64,000 nucleotides of DNA from Candidatus Hodarchaeota archaeon (GTDB taxonomy: Archaea > Asgardarchaeota > Heimdallarchaeia > Hodarchaeales > Hodarchaeaceae), in contig JAHQWW010000006.1 in NCBI GenBank assembly GCA_029856365.1, positions 21,555 through 85,554 of the forward strand, in the 5' to 3' direction. Shown here one piece after another: positions 31,119 through 41,504 of the stretch (its first letter is position 1; each line of letters opens with the position of its first letter). A program made the position numbers and the translations under genes. Below the pieces are notes generated by a model, which had not been told where the DNA came from, made no database searches, and worked only from the letters and a program-made list of their open reading frames with translations.

Positions 31119-32330
31119 TTAGAAGACCTTGAGTCTTTTTCCTACCTCCTCGAAAGCGCGGAGGCCTTCATTCAGCTGTTCTTTTGTCAATGCTGCATTG
31201 GCTTGAACACGAATTCGATCTAGTCCCCGAGGTACCATTGGAAAAACAATCGGTAAGGCAAAAATGCTGTATTCGGAATACAATAAATTCGATGCTTCTT
31301 TTGCTTTTAAAGGATCTCCAAAAATAATTGGAATAATTGCAGTAGTTGAAGCACTTGTTATTTCATGATTATAACCCATATTTATTATTTGATCCTTGAA
31401 ATAATTGATGTTGTCCCATAGTTTTTTAACAAGATTAGGTTCTTCATGCTCGATTAGATCAAGGGCCTTGATTGATGCGGCTGCAGTTGCAGGAGGATGA
31501 CTAGCGGATAATAGGTATGAACGTGTCTTATTTCGACACCAAGTTATCAGCTCTTGGGAACCTACTATAGAACCCCCCATGGTTCCAAATGCTTTAGAAA
31601 AAGTACCCATCTCAATGTGTACTTTCCCCTGTAATCCATAATGATCTACAAGACCTTTTCCAGAATAATCTCGACCAAGAACACCATCCCCATGAGCATC
31701 ATCCACATATATAATTGCATTATTATAAGATTCACAAATTTTATAGATATCTCCAAGGGGTGCGTGGTCTCCATCCATTGAAAATACGCCATCAGTAATA
31801 ACCAGAATCCTTCGGGGATTCTCCTTGGTAAGTTTGGTGAGTTCATCTTCAAGAGAAGTCATATCACAATGTTCGTAAACGGCTCTCATTGCTTTAGTAG
31901 TTCGTACGCCGTCAATTATTGATCCATGATTTAAACGATCAGATAAAACAACATCATTTGTAGTAGGAGCAAGCTGTTGTATCACTCCTTGGTTAGCGGC
32001 GAATCCTGCGGAAGTGATAAACGCAGCTTCCTGTTCCTTAAACTTAGCAAGTCTTTTTTCCCATTGTTCATGTAAATCCATGTTTCCTGAAATTGCTCGA
32101 ACGGAACCAGATCCCACACCATGAGTTCTAATTGCCTCGATAGCTGCCTCCTTCATTTTAGGATGATTAGATAGCCCAAGATAATTATTTGAACACAACA
32201 TGATGACTTCTTTTCCCTCTACCTTACATATAGTGTCACTAGGCCCTTCTAAAACTCGATGTATCCACTCTCGTCCTGCATCTCTAATTTCTCTCATCTC
32301 TGTTGTTAAGAAATTCGTACTTCTTTTCAT
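31119..32330 (-). CDS. kbl: PLP-dependent alpha-oxoamine synthase, likely glycine C-acetyltransferase
   Basis: SNNYLGL, NHGSIIDG, TDGVFSMDG, DDAHG, GTFSKA; ATG 32330 after GGAG. Confidence 0.85.
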   Translation of the reverse strand: MKRSTNFLTTEMREIRDAGREWIHRVLEGPSDTICKVEGKEVIMLCSNNYLGLSNHPKMKEAAIEAIRTHGVGSGSVRAISGNMDLHEQWEKRLAKFKEQEAAFITSAGFAANQGVIQQLAPTTNDVVLSDRLNHGSIIDGVRTTKAMRAVYEHCDMTSLEDELTKLTKENPRRILVITDGVFSMDGDHAPLGDIYKICESYNNAIIYVDDAHGDGVLGRDYSGKGLVDHYGLQGKVHIEMGTFSKAFGTMGGSIVGSQELITWCRNKTRSYLLSASHPPATAAASIKALDLIEHEEPNLVKKLWDNINYFKDQIINMGYNHEITSASTTAIIPIIFGDPLKAKEASNLLYSEYSIFALPIVFPMVPRGLDRIRVQANAALTKEQLNEGLRAFEEVGKRLKVF

Positions 32331-32855
32331 AGTTGTTTGTCTCCTAGGATATATTAAGATATAACGATGAGGAATCACAATCCTAAATTATTTTGTGGTT
32401 ATAAAGATATCTATCGTTCTAGCATAGACAACGTACTTCTGATTTTAAATCCTCCGTAAGTCATTTTTAAGAAACTTTTATCACTGAAAGCTAGATGAGA
32501 AAGGTAATTTTCCTAAAAAGCGGAATTAATTGACAAAACTAATGAGAATCTTTAGAAACAAATGGATTTAGTTAAAACCAACCAACCAGCTTAGACATCT
32601 ATATCATATCTCAGAAATTCATGGAATGAGACTGGTTAAATAAACATCTCCAAAAATCTTTGTTAAATCAACTTAATGGATGAGTTATGGAATTAAAAAA
32701 GAACCTAAGTTTAATTACGATTATTCAATGTTCATTCAATTGAACCTATATAAGCACCTGAAGACAACAATTTTCACGCAATATTTCTTTGAGAACGTGC
32801 GAACCACAGTATTTTTTGTAATAATCTTCAAAGAAGACACGTTTACTTCTGGAAA

Positions 32856-33788
32856 TTACAAATTATTGTTGATTTGGGCTCCTAGACTTTCTAATAGTAG
32901 TTTTATTACAGTAAAAGCTGTGATTTCAGCCGAATCATAGGTAGGATTGTACTCTACTATATCCCAACTAATTATCTGAGTCTTAAGTCCCCGAAATATG
33001 CCTGTTAGAAGCCATATTAGCTCTCTTGTTGATATTCCCCCACCCACAGGATTTCCAACTCCAGGGGCATAACTTGGATCCAAGACATCCAGATCCACGG
33101 AAACATAAACCCGATTAACTTTCTTATCTAATACTTTAGCGATTTCAAAACCAAACTGAAACAAATCTGATTGATGAATCAACTCATTCGTTGATATTAC
33201 ATTAATATTGTTATTTTGAGCATAAGATAGTTGTTCTTTTGTAAAAAATCGATACCCTAATACTGTAGCTCCTTGAAACCCTGATATTTCAGAAAGCCTT
33301 CTTAAAGTACACGCGTGAGATAGATCTGATTCCATCATCTCATCATATAAGTCAAGATGAGCATCAAGATAAATGACATGTATAGAAAGATCAGCTTCCT
33401 CAAATGCTTCTCCAGTCCCTATTGTTAGGCTATGATCACCACCAAATAATAAAAATGGATGTTCATTTAGAATTAAATCAAGAACTCCCTCAGAGATTAA
33501 TTGTAGACTCTTACGTAAATTTGTAGGAATTACTCCGATATTTCCCCAATCTTGAATTTTATAAAAATCTTTGAGAATGACACCACCCTCTGTTACACAC
33601 TCAAAATTCTCTGAACGGAGAATTTGACGAAAAGAATCTGGACCATACCGCGCTCCATTTCTATAAGAGGAGGATATATCCAAAGGAATCCCTAAAAAGT
33701 GATAGTTTGGTTTGAAATCTGTCCATTCACGCTTAAGAATTCCACACAGCATTTCAGGTTCATAGCATGCAAATTTTAAATTTTTCAC
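32856..33788 (-). CDS. speB: Agmatinase (ureohydrolase family)
   Basis: GGDHS, DAHLD, SHAC, DLDVLDP..APG, DIVEYNP. Confidence 0.85.
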   Translation of the reverse strand: MKNLKFACYEPEMLCGILKREWTDFKPNYHFLGIPLDISSSYRNGARYGPDSFRQILRSENFECVTEGGVILKDFYKIQDWGNIGVIPTNLRKSLQLISEGVLDLILNEHPFLLFGGDHSLTIGTGEAFEEADLSIHVIYLDAHLDLYDEMMESDLSHACTLRRLSEISGFQGATVLGYRFFTKEQLSYAQNNNINVISTNELIHQSDLFQFGFEIAKVLDKKVNRVYVSVDLDVLDPSYAPGVGNPVGGGISTRELIWLLTGIFRGLKTQIISWDIVEYNPTYDSAEITAFTVIKLLLESLGAQINNNL

Positions 33789-33980
33789 GGCCTTTCACGA
33801 CTTAATTATCAAACTTCGGAGATGAATGCTATTGAATAAAGGTTTTTCAGACTATCTAGAAACAACCAAATTAAAGGTTTAATACTCCTTTGGAAAAGAG
33901 AATGATCTAAGTAACTTACAAGTGGAAAATAATTGCATCTATATGTATATTGACCATAGATAGCAAAGAGTTCGATACAT

Positions 33981-34904
33981 ATGAAGTTTAGTCGCATGAA
34001 ACAAGTAGATATTCGTCCAAACATGACAACTATTGAACTATTATCAGCTATGAAAAATGGTGGTTTTACATGTCGTAAAGTTGCTTTAGCAACAGAGTTA
34101 TTAGAACAAATGATCCAGGATAATGGATGTACTGTTTTTCTAGGGCTTGCAGGAGCTTTAATTCCAGGAGGTATGAGAAATATCCTTCGGATAATGATTG
34201 AAAAAAACATGGTGAACTGTATAGTTACAACAGGAGCAAATATCAGTCATGATCTGTTGGAAACATCTGGAGGTTCTCACTATCATGGTTCAGAACACTT
34301 AAATGATGATAAACTAAATGAAATGCAGATGAGTAGAATATATAGTACACTAATCCCCTACGAGTCATTTGTTAAGTTTGAAACTTTGGCCCAGAAAATT
34401 CTCAAAAACATTACTGATCAAAGAATGAGTAGTCAACAATTTCTATTTGAGCTTGGGCGATATATAGATGATCCAAAGTCAATAGTAAGAGCAGCTTTTC
34501 TAAAAAAAGTCCCGATTTTTTCCCCCTCATTTGCAGACAGTATGCTCGGAGTTCAAACTTGGCTTTTTTCTCAAACAACTCCATTTTACATTGATGTTCT
34601 AAAAGACCACTCAGAATTTACTAAGATTGTTTATGAAACAGAACGTATGGGGGCCTTATTCCTAGGTGGAGGAGTTCCTAAGCACTTCATTATGAATGGT
34701 TCTCAGTTACACGATGGATTATCGTATGCAATTCAAATTACTATGGATCGCCCTGAACATGGTGGCGTTAGTGGAGCGAGTGTGAAAGAGGCAATATCTT
34801 GGGGAAAAGTAGCGTCTGAAGCAAAATGGATCGATGTCACTTCTGACATCACTCTAGTTTTACCATTAATGATCTCTGGAGTTTTGTCTCGGCTTCAAGA
34901 TTAA
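33981..34904 (+). CDS. dys: Deoxyhypusine synthase
   Basis: TTGANISHD, GGGVPKH, SGA..KEAISWGK with the catalytic Lys. Confidence 0.93.
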   Translation: MKFSRMKQVDIRPNMTTIELLSAMKNGGFTCRKVALATELLEQMIQDNGCTVFLGLAGALIPGGMRNILRIMIEKNMVNCIVTTGANISHDLLETSGGSHYHGSEHLNDDKLNEMQMSRIYSTLIPYESFVKFETLAQKILKNITDQRMSSQQFLFELGRYIDDPKSIVRAAFLKKVPIFSPSFADSMLGVQTWLFSQTTPFYIDVLKDHSEFTKIVYETERMGALFLGGGVPKHFIMNGSQLHDGLSYAIQITMDRPEHGGVSGASVKEAISWGKVASEAKWIDVTSDITLVLPLMISGVLSRLQD

Positions 34905-34919
34905 TGGAACGAATGATTC

Positions 34920-36335
34920 ATGTTACAAACCTGGCACGTCGGAATAGACGACACTGATTCTCAGAGCGGTATGTGTACGACCTTCTTAGGTACTATTATA
35001 GTCGATTTCTTACTCAAACACTCCCTAGAATTTCTCGATTTTCCCAAATTAATACGACTGAATCCCAACATTCCCTATAAAACAAGAGGAAATGGAGCTG
35101 TGGCTATTACATTCATGGCATATGAAGAAATCATTGATAGTCTTTGGAAAGGAATTGTTGGTTTAGTAAAAGAAAATGCTGACATTAATGATCCGCACAC
35201 TGATCCAGGTCTTATACTTATTAAAGGAGAAATTCCTTCCGCTTTCCAAGAATTATATTGGGAGGCATTATATCAAGTAATTCCTTTAAATTTTGTAAAA
35301 CAGCTGCTTAAGAAACACACATCGGAAAAGCATTTCTATGTAAAGGAAGGAAGAGGCCTGATCGGTGCCGCAGCCGCCATTGGGGCGATACTCTCGCAGG
35401 ATTATACTTATGAATTCATTGCTTATCGGAACCCGGAAGAAAAGAAATCTGAACGCTTAATAGACCCCATATCTGTCATAAACGCTGATAAAAAAACTCT
35501 ATTGACCTTCAATAATTATGATTATGAGCACAAGCAAGTAATGATCAGCCCTCACGGGCCTGATCCCGTTTTTTGTGGAATTAGAGGTGAAACCTCAAGT
35601 GCTGTCATCCGAATGTGGGAATTAATTGATATTTTAGAACCGATACAAACAACTATGGTTTTTCGAACCAATCAACATACACAGGTACATTTCCCTAAAA
35701 AATTCCTGGGACATGAACTTAAACCATACCTTTCTGTAAAAGTAAGGGGAATCGTGGCAAAGAAACCGTATAACTACCCTGGTGGTCATGTCATCTTTAC
35801 AATTAAATCAGGTAACGTTTCAATCGATTGTGCAGCATACGAACCTACGAAAAGATTTCGTAAAATCATTAGAGAACTAATCGAAGGAGATGAAGTTCTA
35901 GTTTTTGGAGGAGTTCGACCTGCATCTTCAAAAAACCCAGTTACTATAAATATCGAAGAGGTTCAAATTATCAAGTTAATTTCTATCCAAGAAAAAGTTA
36001 CTCCGAAATGTCCTATCTGTGGAGCTTCTCTTACTTCTGCAGGGAGAAACCAAGGATTGAAATGTAAAAAATGCTCATTTACATCTCCAAAGAAAAAATA
36101 CATCTGTCAACAGAAAAGTCGAAAACTTCGAACTGGGGTAAGATATGTAATCCCTGTTTGTGCTCAAAGACACTTAACTAAACCAGTTACCAGGAATCTT
36201 CCCTTACAATTTCATCTTTCACCTGAAATAGATTTCAAGTATGCTTTTTATGACTTCTTGAAAAAAAGAACAATATTAAACAATCATGATATCAATAGAA
36301 GAGAAACTTACACTTACATGAAAAATAAAAAATAA
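34920..36335 (+). CDS. tiaS: tRNA(Ile2) 2-agmatinylcytidine synthetase
   Basis: GIDDTDS..GMCTT, KTRGNGA, GRGLIGA, TNQHT, YEPT, C-terminal zinc ribbon, RHLTKP. Confidence 0.95.
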   Translation: MLQTWHVGIDDTDSQSGMCTTFLGTIIVDFLLKHSLEFLDFPKLIRLNPNIPYKTRGNGAVAITFMAYEEIIDSLWKGIVGLVKENADINDPHTDPGLILIKGEIPSAFQELYWEALYQVIPLNFVKQLLKKHTSEKHFYVKEGRGLIGAAAAIGAILSQDYTYEFIAYRNPEEKKSERLIDPISVINADKKTLLTFNNYDYEHKQVMISPHGPDPVFCGIRGETSSAVIRMWELIDILEPIQTTMVFRTNQHTQVHFPKKFLGHELKPYLSVKVRGIVAKKPYNYPGGHVIFTIKSGNVSIDCAAYEPTKRFRKIIRELIEGDEVLVFGGVRPASSKNPVTINIEEVQIIKLISIQEKVTPKCPICGASLTSAGRNQGLKCKKCSFTSPKKKYICQQKSRKLRTGVRYVIPVCAQRHLTKPVTRNLPLQFHLSPEIDFKYAFYDFLKKRTILNNHDINRRETYTYMKNKK

Positions 36336-36414
36336 ACTAAAAAAAGGAAGTCTCGGAAAGATTTGAATATATAGTCCTTAAAAATGGCACAAGGTACGAA
36401 CAAAGGTAAAAAAC

Positions 36415-37692
36415 ATGTACATTCTCCAAGATATATTCGATGGCGTTCTTAATCTATTCACAATGCCTATGACTGTTCTGCAAGATATAACTGATGTCAT
36501 TCCAACCCAACCTCCTCTATCATCGATATTTATTCTTATTGTTGCATTCTTTGTATCATTAGCGTCTACTTTGGTTTCTAGAAAAATGATTGATGTTGAT
36601 AAATTAAGAAGGCTTACAAGAGAAACAAAAAAGTATCAAAAATTACGTATGCAAATGCTAAAAACAGCTGATAGTAAATTAAAGTTAAAATATGAGAGAA
36701 ATGCTGACAGGATGCGAAAAGTACAATCCGAACTTACAATGATGAACTTGAAACCATTAATGATCATGTTTCTTCCAATGATAATTTTTTTCATTGTTCT
36801 CTCTGGTTTCTATAGCTTCCACACAGGTATCACTTATATTGCTTATGCAGAGGCTACTGATGGTGATTCTGTAACTACAATGCTGATAAATAAGCCACCA
36901 GGGACAATTAAAGATGATTTAATGATTGCTTTAATGGTTAGCACAATTGGTTCCGATAACAATGGCACCTCAATAAGCTCAACTCCCTCTGGCTGGACAA
37001 ATGAGCATGAGTATATACATAATGCAATTAGCGGTCAGCATGTTTATATTTATTGGAAAATTGCAGGTGATTCTGAACCTTCAAATTATACATGGACTTG
37101 GACAGATAACTGTAGTTGGATAGGTCAGATTAATACTTTTAGGAATGTAAATACTACCTCTCCAATCCATATCAAGGGAGCTGTTCAACAAAAAACGGAA
37201 GAACCTTGTGTATCTCCAAGTGTAAAAACATCACAGGATAAATGTATGATTTGGCTTTATGCGATAGCTAATAGTGCTGATGTTGAGGATGACAATGTTC
37301 CAAGTAAAACAAAAATGATAAAGGGAACAGAAAGAGCTGATCCAGAAAACGGTATTATTGTCGAAACAGCGTATTTCGTACATAATTCTGCTGGAGATAC
37401 AGAAGCCAAAGAATGGACTGACTGGCTTAATCAAGATGTGGAAAATAGTGGTCAGCAGTACGCTTTGAATCCAGCTTATAAGGGGAAAATGGTGTCAGGA
37501 AATGTCCCTGCTATAATACCCTTTGATCCAACCTTCGGACTTGAAACCCTTTGGATTTTCCAAATAGGAAAGAATGCAGAGCTTCCTGGATGGGGACAAG
37601 TCTTTATACCCAATTATATCTGGTGGTATTTTGGTGGTAGCTTAGCATTTGGATCAATTTTACGAAAAATTTCAGGACTACAACCTGATTGA
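36415..37692 (+). CDS. DUF106/EMC3/TMCO1 (Oxa1-superfamily) membrane insertase with a large inserted domain
   Basis: TM1, coiled coil, KPL..TM2, then C-terminal WWYF..S....LRK; directly upstream of rpl34e as in other archaea; about 215-aa insertion. Confidence 0.82.
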   Translation: MYILQDIFDGVLNLFTMPMTVLQDITDVIPTQPPLSSIFILIVAFFVSLASTLVSRKMIDVDKLRRLTRETKKYQKLRMQMLKTADSKLKLKYERNADRMRKVQSELTMMNLKPLMIMFLPMIIFFIVLSGFYSFHTGITYIAYAEATDGDSVTTMLINKPPGTIKDDLMIALMVSTIGSDNNGTSISSTPSGWTNEHEYIHNAISGQHVYIYWKIAGDSEPSNYTWTWTDNCSWIGQINTFRNVNTTSPIHIKGAVQQKTEEPCVSPSVKTSQDKCMIWLYAIANSADVEDDNVPSKTKMIKGTERADPENGIIVETAYFVHNSAGDTEAKEWTDWLNQDVENSGQQYALNPAYKGKMVSGNVPAIIPFDPTFGLETLWIFQIGKNAELPGWGQVFIPNYIWWYFGGSLAFGSILRKISGLQPD

Positions 37693-37943
37693 GACCAAAT
37701 CAAGGTTTTAGGTGTTCAATTAAAATGACTAAGAATGTTAGAAAGAAAAAAAGTCCAGGGGGACGAATACTAGTACATAAAGCCAAAAGAAGAACTCAAA
37801 AGTCGCATTGTAGAATTTGTGGTACGGTAGTACAAACAAACACATTGAAAGACTCTAAAAGTGGAAGACATGCTGATCGACCATATGGAGGAGAGATTTG
37901 TCACGCCTGTCTAAGAACTACTATTCAGGCACTTAATTTATAA
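37689..37943 (+). CDS. rpl34e: 50S ribosomal protein eL34
   Basis: SPGGR, CRICG, RPYGGEICHAC; start may be ATG 37725. Confidence 0.9.
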   Translation: MRPNQGFRCSIKMTKNVRKKKSPGGRILVHKAKRRTQKSHCRICGTVVQTNTLKDSKSGRHADRPYGGEICHACLRTTIQALNL

Positions 37944-38003
37944 CAACTCCTGAATTAAACGATAATTATTCTTGATTTATGACAATTAAAGAAGGCAAAA
38001 AAT

Positions 38004-38414
38004 ATGAGTCCTCGAAGTAAGAAAAGAAAGAAGAAGATTTCATGTAAAAAATGTGGCTATGTTCTAAATCCCATTGAAACTCCTCCAGAAAAAACATGGC
38101 AGTTAATTAGTCCAATGCCAGATAAGGATGGTCGAGTTACTTTAACCATAATGGGATCATTTCACTGTCCAACATGTAATGCTTCTGTTCGTGCTTCTTT
38201 AAAGAAAATTCGTGGAGACGAAATCGGTTCAGGAAAATCGAAGAAAGAATTACTAATTCAAGCAGTTAACCTTGTCGAAGAAGCTACTGATATTGACCAA
38301 ATCGAAATCGCAGGTATATCAGCTGCTGCTGTTGGTAAAGCCATTGAAACCCTGATAAATCAGGGTGAGCTTAAAGGACGAGTGGAGAACGGAATTTTCT
38401 ATCCCCAGAGATGA
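38004..38414 (+). CDS. Cren7-like zinc-ribbon protein with C-terminal winged helix
   Basis: CKKC..PEKTWQLISP.PDKDGR.TLTIMGSF.CPTC; C-terminal HTH with LKGRV wing. Confidence 0.55.
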   Translation: MSPRSKKRKKKISCKKCGYVLNPIETPPEKTWQLISPMPDKDGRVTLTIMGSFHCPTCNASVRASLKKIRGDEIGSGKSKKELLIQAVNLVEEATDIDQIEIAGISAAAVGKAIETLINQGELKGRVENGIFYPQR

Positions 38415-38418
38415 TTCA

Positions 38419-39618
38419 TTAAATCTTATTTTTTGTTATCTCTCGGATGACAATGGTGCCATAGGATCCTTTAGGTATACTAAATGTAACTTTAATCCCT
38501 TTCTCTTCAATATCCATTGGAAAATAATTGAAATTGTTCGGGAAGATAATAGCTCTTCTTGAGGATCCTTTTGAACGCAAGTTTGGTTGCTCATGTCTAA
38601 AACTGTGTAAATCTAAGGAGTCTTTCTCTAATAAAGCTGTTAAGTTATCCCATATTTCATCACTAACTTGTTCTTGAATAGTCCGATATCCTGGTAAAGG
38701 AATTGCAATGTCACTAGCAAGGGGAACACAGGTCTTGTTAAGATGACTTAAAACTCTATTAAAAAGATAAGACTGGTAAGCAGAAATTGCTAACTTCAGA
38801 AACGACTTAGGTAAATTCAACATGATGCTTTTAGCTGAATGATGTCTTATTAGTCCCCTTAACAACATCCTTTCAATATGATATGAATATGGGAATTCGA
38901 ATCTTAACTTATTGTAAGAATGAGTTTCATGATATTTCTGTCGTAATTTTGTAATCCGCTCATTCTCCAAGGGGCTTATTTCACCTAAATATTTAGTAAC
39001 TGCATCGGAATACTTCTCCTGTAGAAGAAGTTTTCCTATTAAATGGAGAATGGGTCGTCTTGCTCCAAATCGTTGAGGTCCATAAAAGTTTAGGACTCCT
39101 TTTAATTCTAGATGAACTTTAAAGTGTTCCCATTCTTCATTGTTCCACTTCTGATGATTGTTGCGAATTATGATTTCGAAAAAGTTCCCTAGCAAATCAC
39201 CTATTTTAACAGCGAATTTCTGACGTATAGGATAAAATATCTTAATATTTGGTAAATTTGTAGTGTAAATCCGCTTTTTATCAATGTTCCAAATTGAAAT
39301 TCTCTGATAGGTTTCAGCAGCAGCATCCTTCAAACCTGCAAAACCAAAATCCTTTTCTGCGATCTTCCAGCTACTACTTAGCTTTCTTATTGCACTATAA
39401 GTGTCAAGGCCTGTTTTCCAGAGAACACAATGAATGAACATCCCTCCTAAATTATCACCGATTTCTGATCCATCGAAAATAGGTTTTCCACTTGGAGGTA
39501 TTTCTCGAACTATGAAGTCTTTATTTCGCTGCTTTATTATACCCCCTATACCCGTAAATTGTGGTGTACTATAACCATGAACTCCAATATTGGACTCAAT
39601 TGAATAATCTTTCAACAT
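38419..39618 (-). CDS. truD: tRNA pseudouridine(13) synthase TruD/Pus7
   Basis: DFIVRE, FAGLKD, GDLLGNFF, NFYGPQRFG, SAYQSYLFN, GSYGTIVIRE. Confidence 0.93.
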   Translation of the reverse strand: MLKDYSIESNIGVHGYSTPQFTGIGGIIKQRNKDFIVREIPPSGKPIFDGSEIGDNLGGMFIHCVLWKTGLDTYSAIRKLSSSWKIAEKDFGFAGLKDAAAETYQRISIWNIDKKRIYTTNLPNIKIFYPIRQKFAVKIGDLLGNFFEIIIRNNHQKWNNEEWEHFKVHLELKGVLNFYGPQRFGARRPILHLIGKLLLQEKYSDAVTKYLGEISPLENERITKLRQKYHETHSYNKLRFEFPYSYHIERMLLRGLIRHHSAKSIMLNLPKSFLKLAISAYQSYLFNRVLSHLNKTCVPLASDIAIPLPGYRTIQEQVSDEIWDNLTALLEKDSLDLHSFRHEQPNLRSKGSSRRAIIFPNNFNYFPMDIEEKGIKVTFSIPKGSYGTIVIREITKNKI

Positions 39619-39620
39619 AA

Positions 39621-40094
39621 CTACTCAAAAAATTTATCGTATTTTCCTGCATTAATGGCTTCAATTATTGTTTTTGGATCCTCATCATCTATGGTTAAAC
39701 CCATTGATATACACGTCCCCACAACCTCTTTCACTGCAGATTGCAAATTAATAGCTAGCATGGATTCCTGTTTCATCTGAGCAACTTTAATGCATTGAGC
39801 AAAATTGAGATTTCCCACTTTCTCACTATTCGGAGTACCACTTCCTTTCTCTACTCCCGCTTCCCTTAAAAGTAAAGACGATGTAGGAGGAACACCGACA
39901 ACTATTGTAAAGTTCCGTGAATCATCCACTTCAACTTTAACGGGGACTTTCATCCCTGTAAAGCCTTGGGTTTTTTTATTAATTTCATCAATGACAGCTT
40001 TGATATTTACACCTAAAGGCCCTAATTGAGGCCCTAGGGGCGGACCAGGTGTTGCTTGGCCTGCATCAACTAATGCTTCAATGGTCTTGGACAT
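39621..40094 (-). CDS. rpl11: 50S ribosomal protein uL11
   Basis: ATPGPPLGP, GMKVPV, VPPTSSLL, GTCISMG. Confidence 0.97.
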   Translation of the reverse strand: MSKTIEALVDAGQATPGPPLGPQLGPLGVNIKAVIDEINKKTQGFTGMKVPVKVEVDDSRNFTIVVGVPPTSSLLLREAGVEKGSGTPNSEKVGNLNFAQCIKVAQMKQESMLAINLQSAVKEVVGTCISMGLTIDDEDPKTIIEAINAGKYDKFFE

Positions 40095-40314
40095 TATTTT
40101 CACCTGAATGAATGAGAAATAACTTCTATGTTCTAATTCTCACTAATAATCCAGTAATTAACGATTTTAGAGTGAAAAATTAAATTTTTTGATACCTCTT
40201 CACCATCTCTATCTTTACGGTTTCTCAAAACACACAAAAAACTTTACTAGAAAACCTTGTAATAGATTAAAAACATCAAAGAAGCCTAAATTACAATTCA
40301 AAAGGGAATATTTC

Positions 40315-40974
40315 ATGTCATATACACCAAATCAACTGGAAGAAGCAATATCTGGAGCCAAAGTTAAAAGTATTGAAAGAAAACAAAGAAAATTTATTGA
40401 AACCGTTGAAATGTCCATTGGCCTTCGTGATATTGATTTAAAGAATCCTGCAAATAGAATCAACTTAGAAACCTTAGTTCCAAATGATTTGGGAGGCAAA
40501 TCTAGTGTTGCCATCTTTGCTGAAGGTGATCTTGCCGTCAAATCAAAAGAAGCTGGATTAACGACTTTGAGCCGCCAGGAAATCGAGAGACTAGCTAAAG
40601 AACCAAAGAATGCAAAAAAGCTAGCTAATGAATTCTCATTCTTTCTCGCAGAGCCGCAGTTAATGCCTATTGTAGCCAAATTTCTTGGAAAAACTCTGGG
40701 ACCAAGAGGAAAGATGCCTAAACCAATTTCAGCTCGAATTGAAATTGATAAATTTGTGGAAAGATACGAACGTACAGTGAAGCTGAGATTAAAATCAACC
40801 CCTGTAATCAATACAAAGATTGGAAAAGCCAATCAGGCTAATAAAGACTTAGCGGATAATGCAAGTTCAATTTTACAAACATTAACTACAAAACTTCCAA
40901 AAGGAGCTGCACAAATTAAATCAGTGAGCTTTAAAACCACAATGGGGCCCTCCGAGAAAATTAAGGGGAAATAA
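40315..40974 (+). CDS. rpl1: 50S ribosomal protein uL1
   Basis: RKFIETVE, LGPRGKMP, KTTMGP; ATG 40315. Confidence 0.96.
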   Translation: MSYTPNQLEEAISGAKVKSIERKQRKFIETVEMSIGLRDIDLKNPANRINLETLVPNDLGGKSSVAIFAEGDLAVKSKEAGLTTLSRQEIERLAKEPKNAKKLANEFSFFLAEPQLMPIVAKFLGKTLGPRGKMPKPISARIEIDKFVERYERTVKLRLKSTPVINTKIGKANQANKDLADNASSILQTLTTKLPKGAAQIKSVSFKTTMGPSEKIKGK

Positions 40975-40986
40975 GGAGATTAATAG

Positions 40987-41142
40987 ATGGCACGACATAA
41001 ACCTCATGCAAAAAAAATTCGCCTTGGTAAAAGAATAAATTCTAACCAGACCGTTCCAACTTGGGTAATTATGAAAACTTCACGAAAAGTAACTACTCAT
41101 CCGAAAAAAAGACAATGGCGTTCCACAAAAATAAAACCTTAA
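40987..41142 (+). CDS. rpl39e: 50S ribosomal protein eL39 (not in the ORF track; 51 aa)
   Basis: [51 protein letters not shown]; GGAG upstream; precedes rpl31e. Confidence 0.95.
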   Translation: MARHKPHAKKIRLGKRINSNQTVPTWVIMKTSRKVTTHPKKRQWRSTKIKP

Positions 41143-41160
41143 GTATAGAAGGAGAATCTA

Positions 41161-41442
41161 ATGAGTGAAGCCTCATCTGACGCAGTAATAGAAGAAAGGA
41201 TTTACACAATTCCGTTCAGTAAGGTAGTCTATGGTCGACGAATTCCTCGTCCTAGGAGAACTCCAAGAGCAATACGGCATCTTCGTGCTTTTGTTAGACG
41301 GCATCTTCGGTGTGATGCGGTTATTATTGACCCCGAAGTGAATGAGTTTATGTGGGCTCGTGGAATTCAACACCCACCAAGAAAAATCAGAATTCGTGCT
41401 GTAAAAACTGAAGATGATATTGTAACTGTTTATCTCGGATGA
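41161..41442 (+). CDS. rpl31e: 50S ribosomal protein eL31
   Basis: ERIYTIP, RTPRAI, NEFMWARGI..PPRKIR. Confidence 0.96.
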   Translation: MSEASSDAVIEERIYTIPFSKVVYGRRIPRPRRTPRAIRHLRAFVRRHLRCDAVIIDPEVNEFMWARGIQHPPRKIRIRAVKTEDDIVTVYLG

Positions 41443-41504
41443 TATACGATTTTTTATCTTTTTTCTACTTCAATTTAGACAATTCTTATTTGTGAGTCTT
41501 TAAC

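Noticed and set aside
36826-37476. Intein or mobile element as the source of the DUF106 insertion
   Set aside because: No Cys/Ser...His-Asn splice junctions, no LAGLIDADG motifs, no terminal repeats
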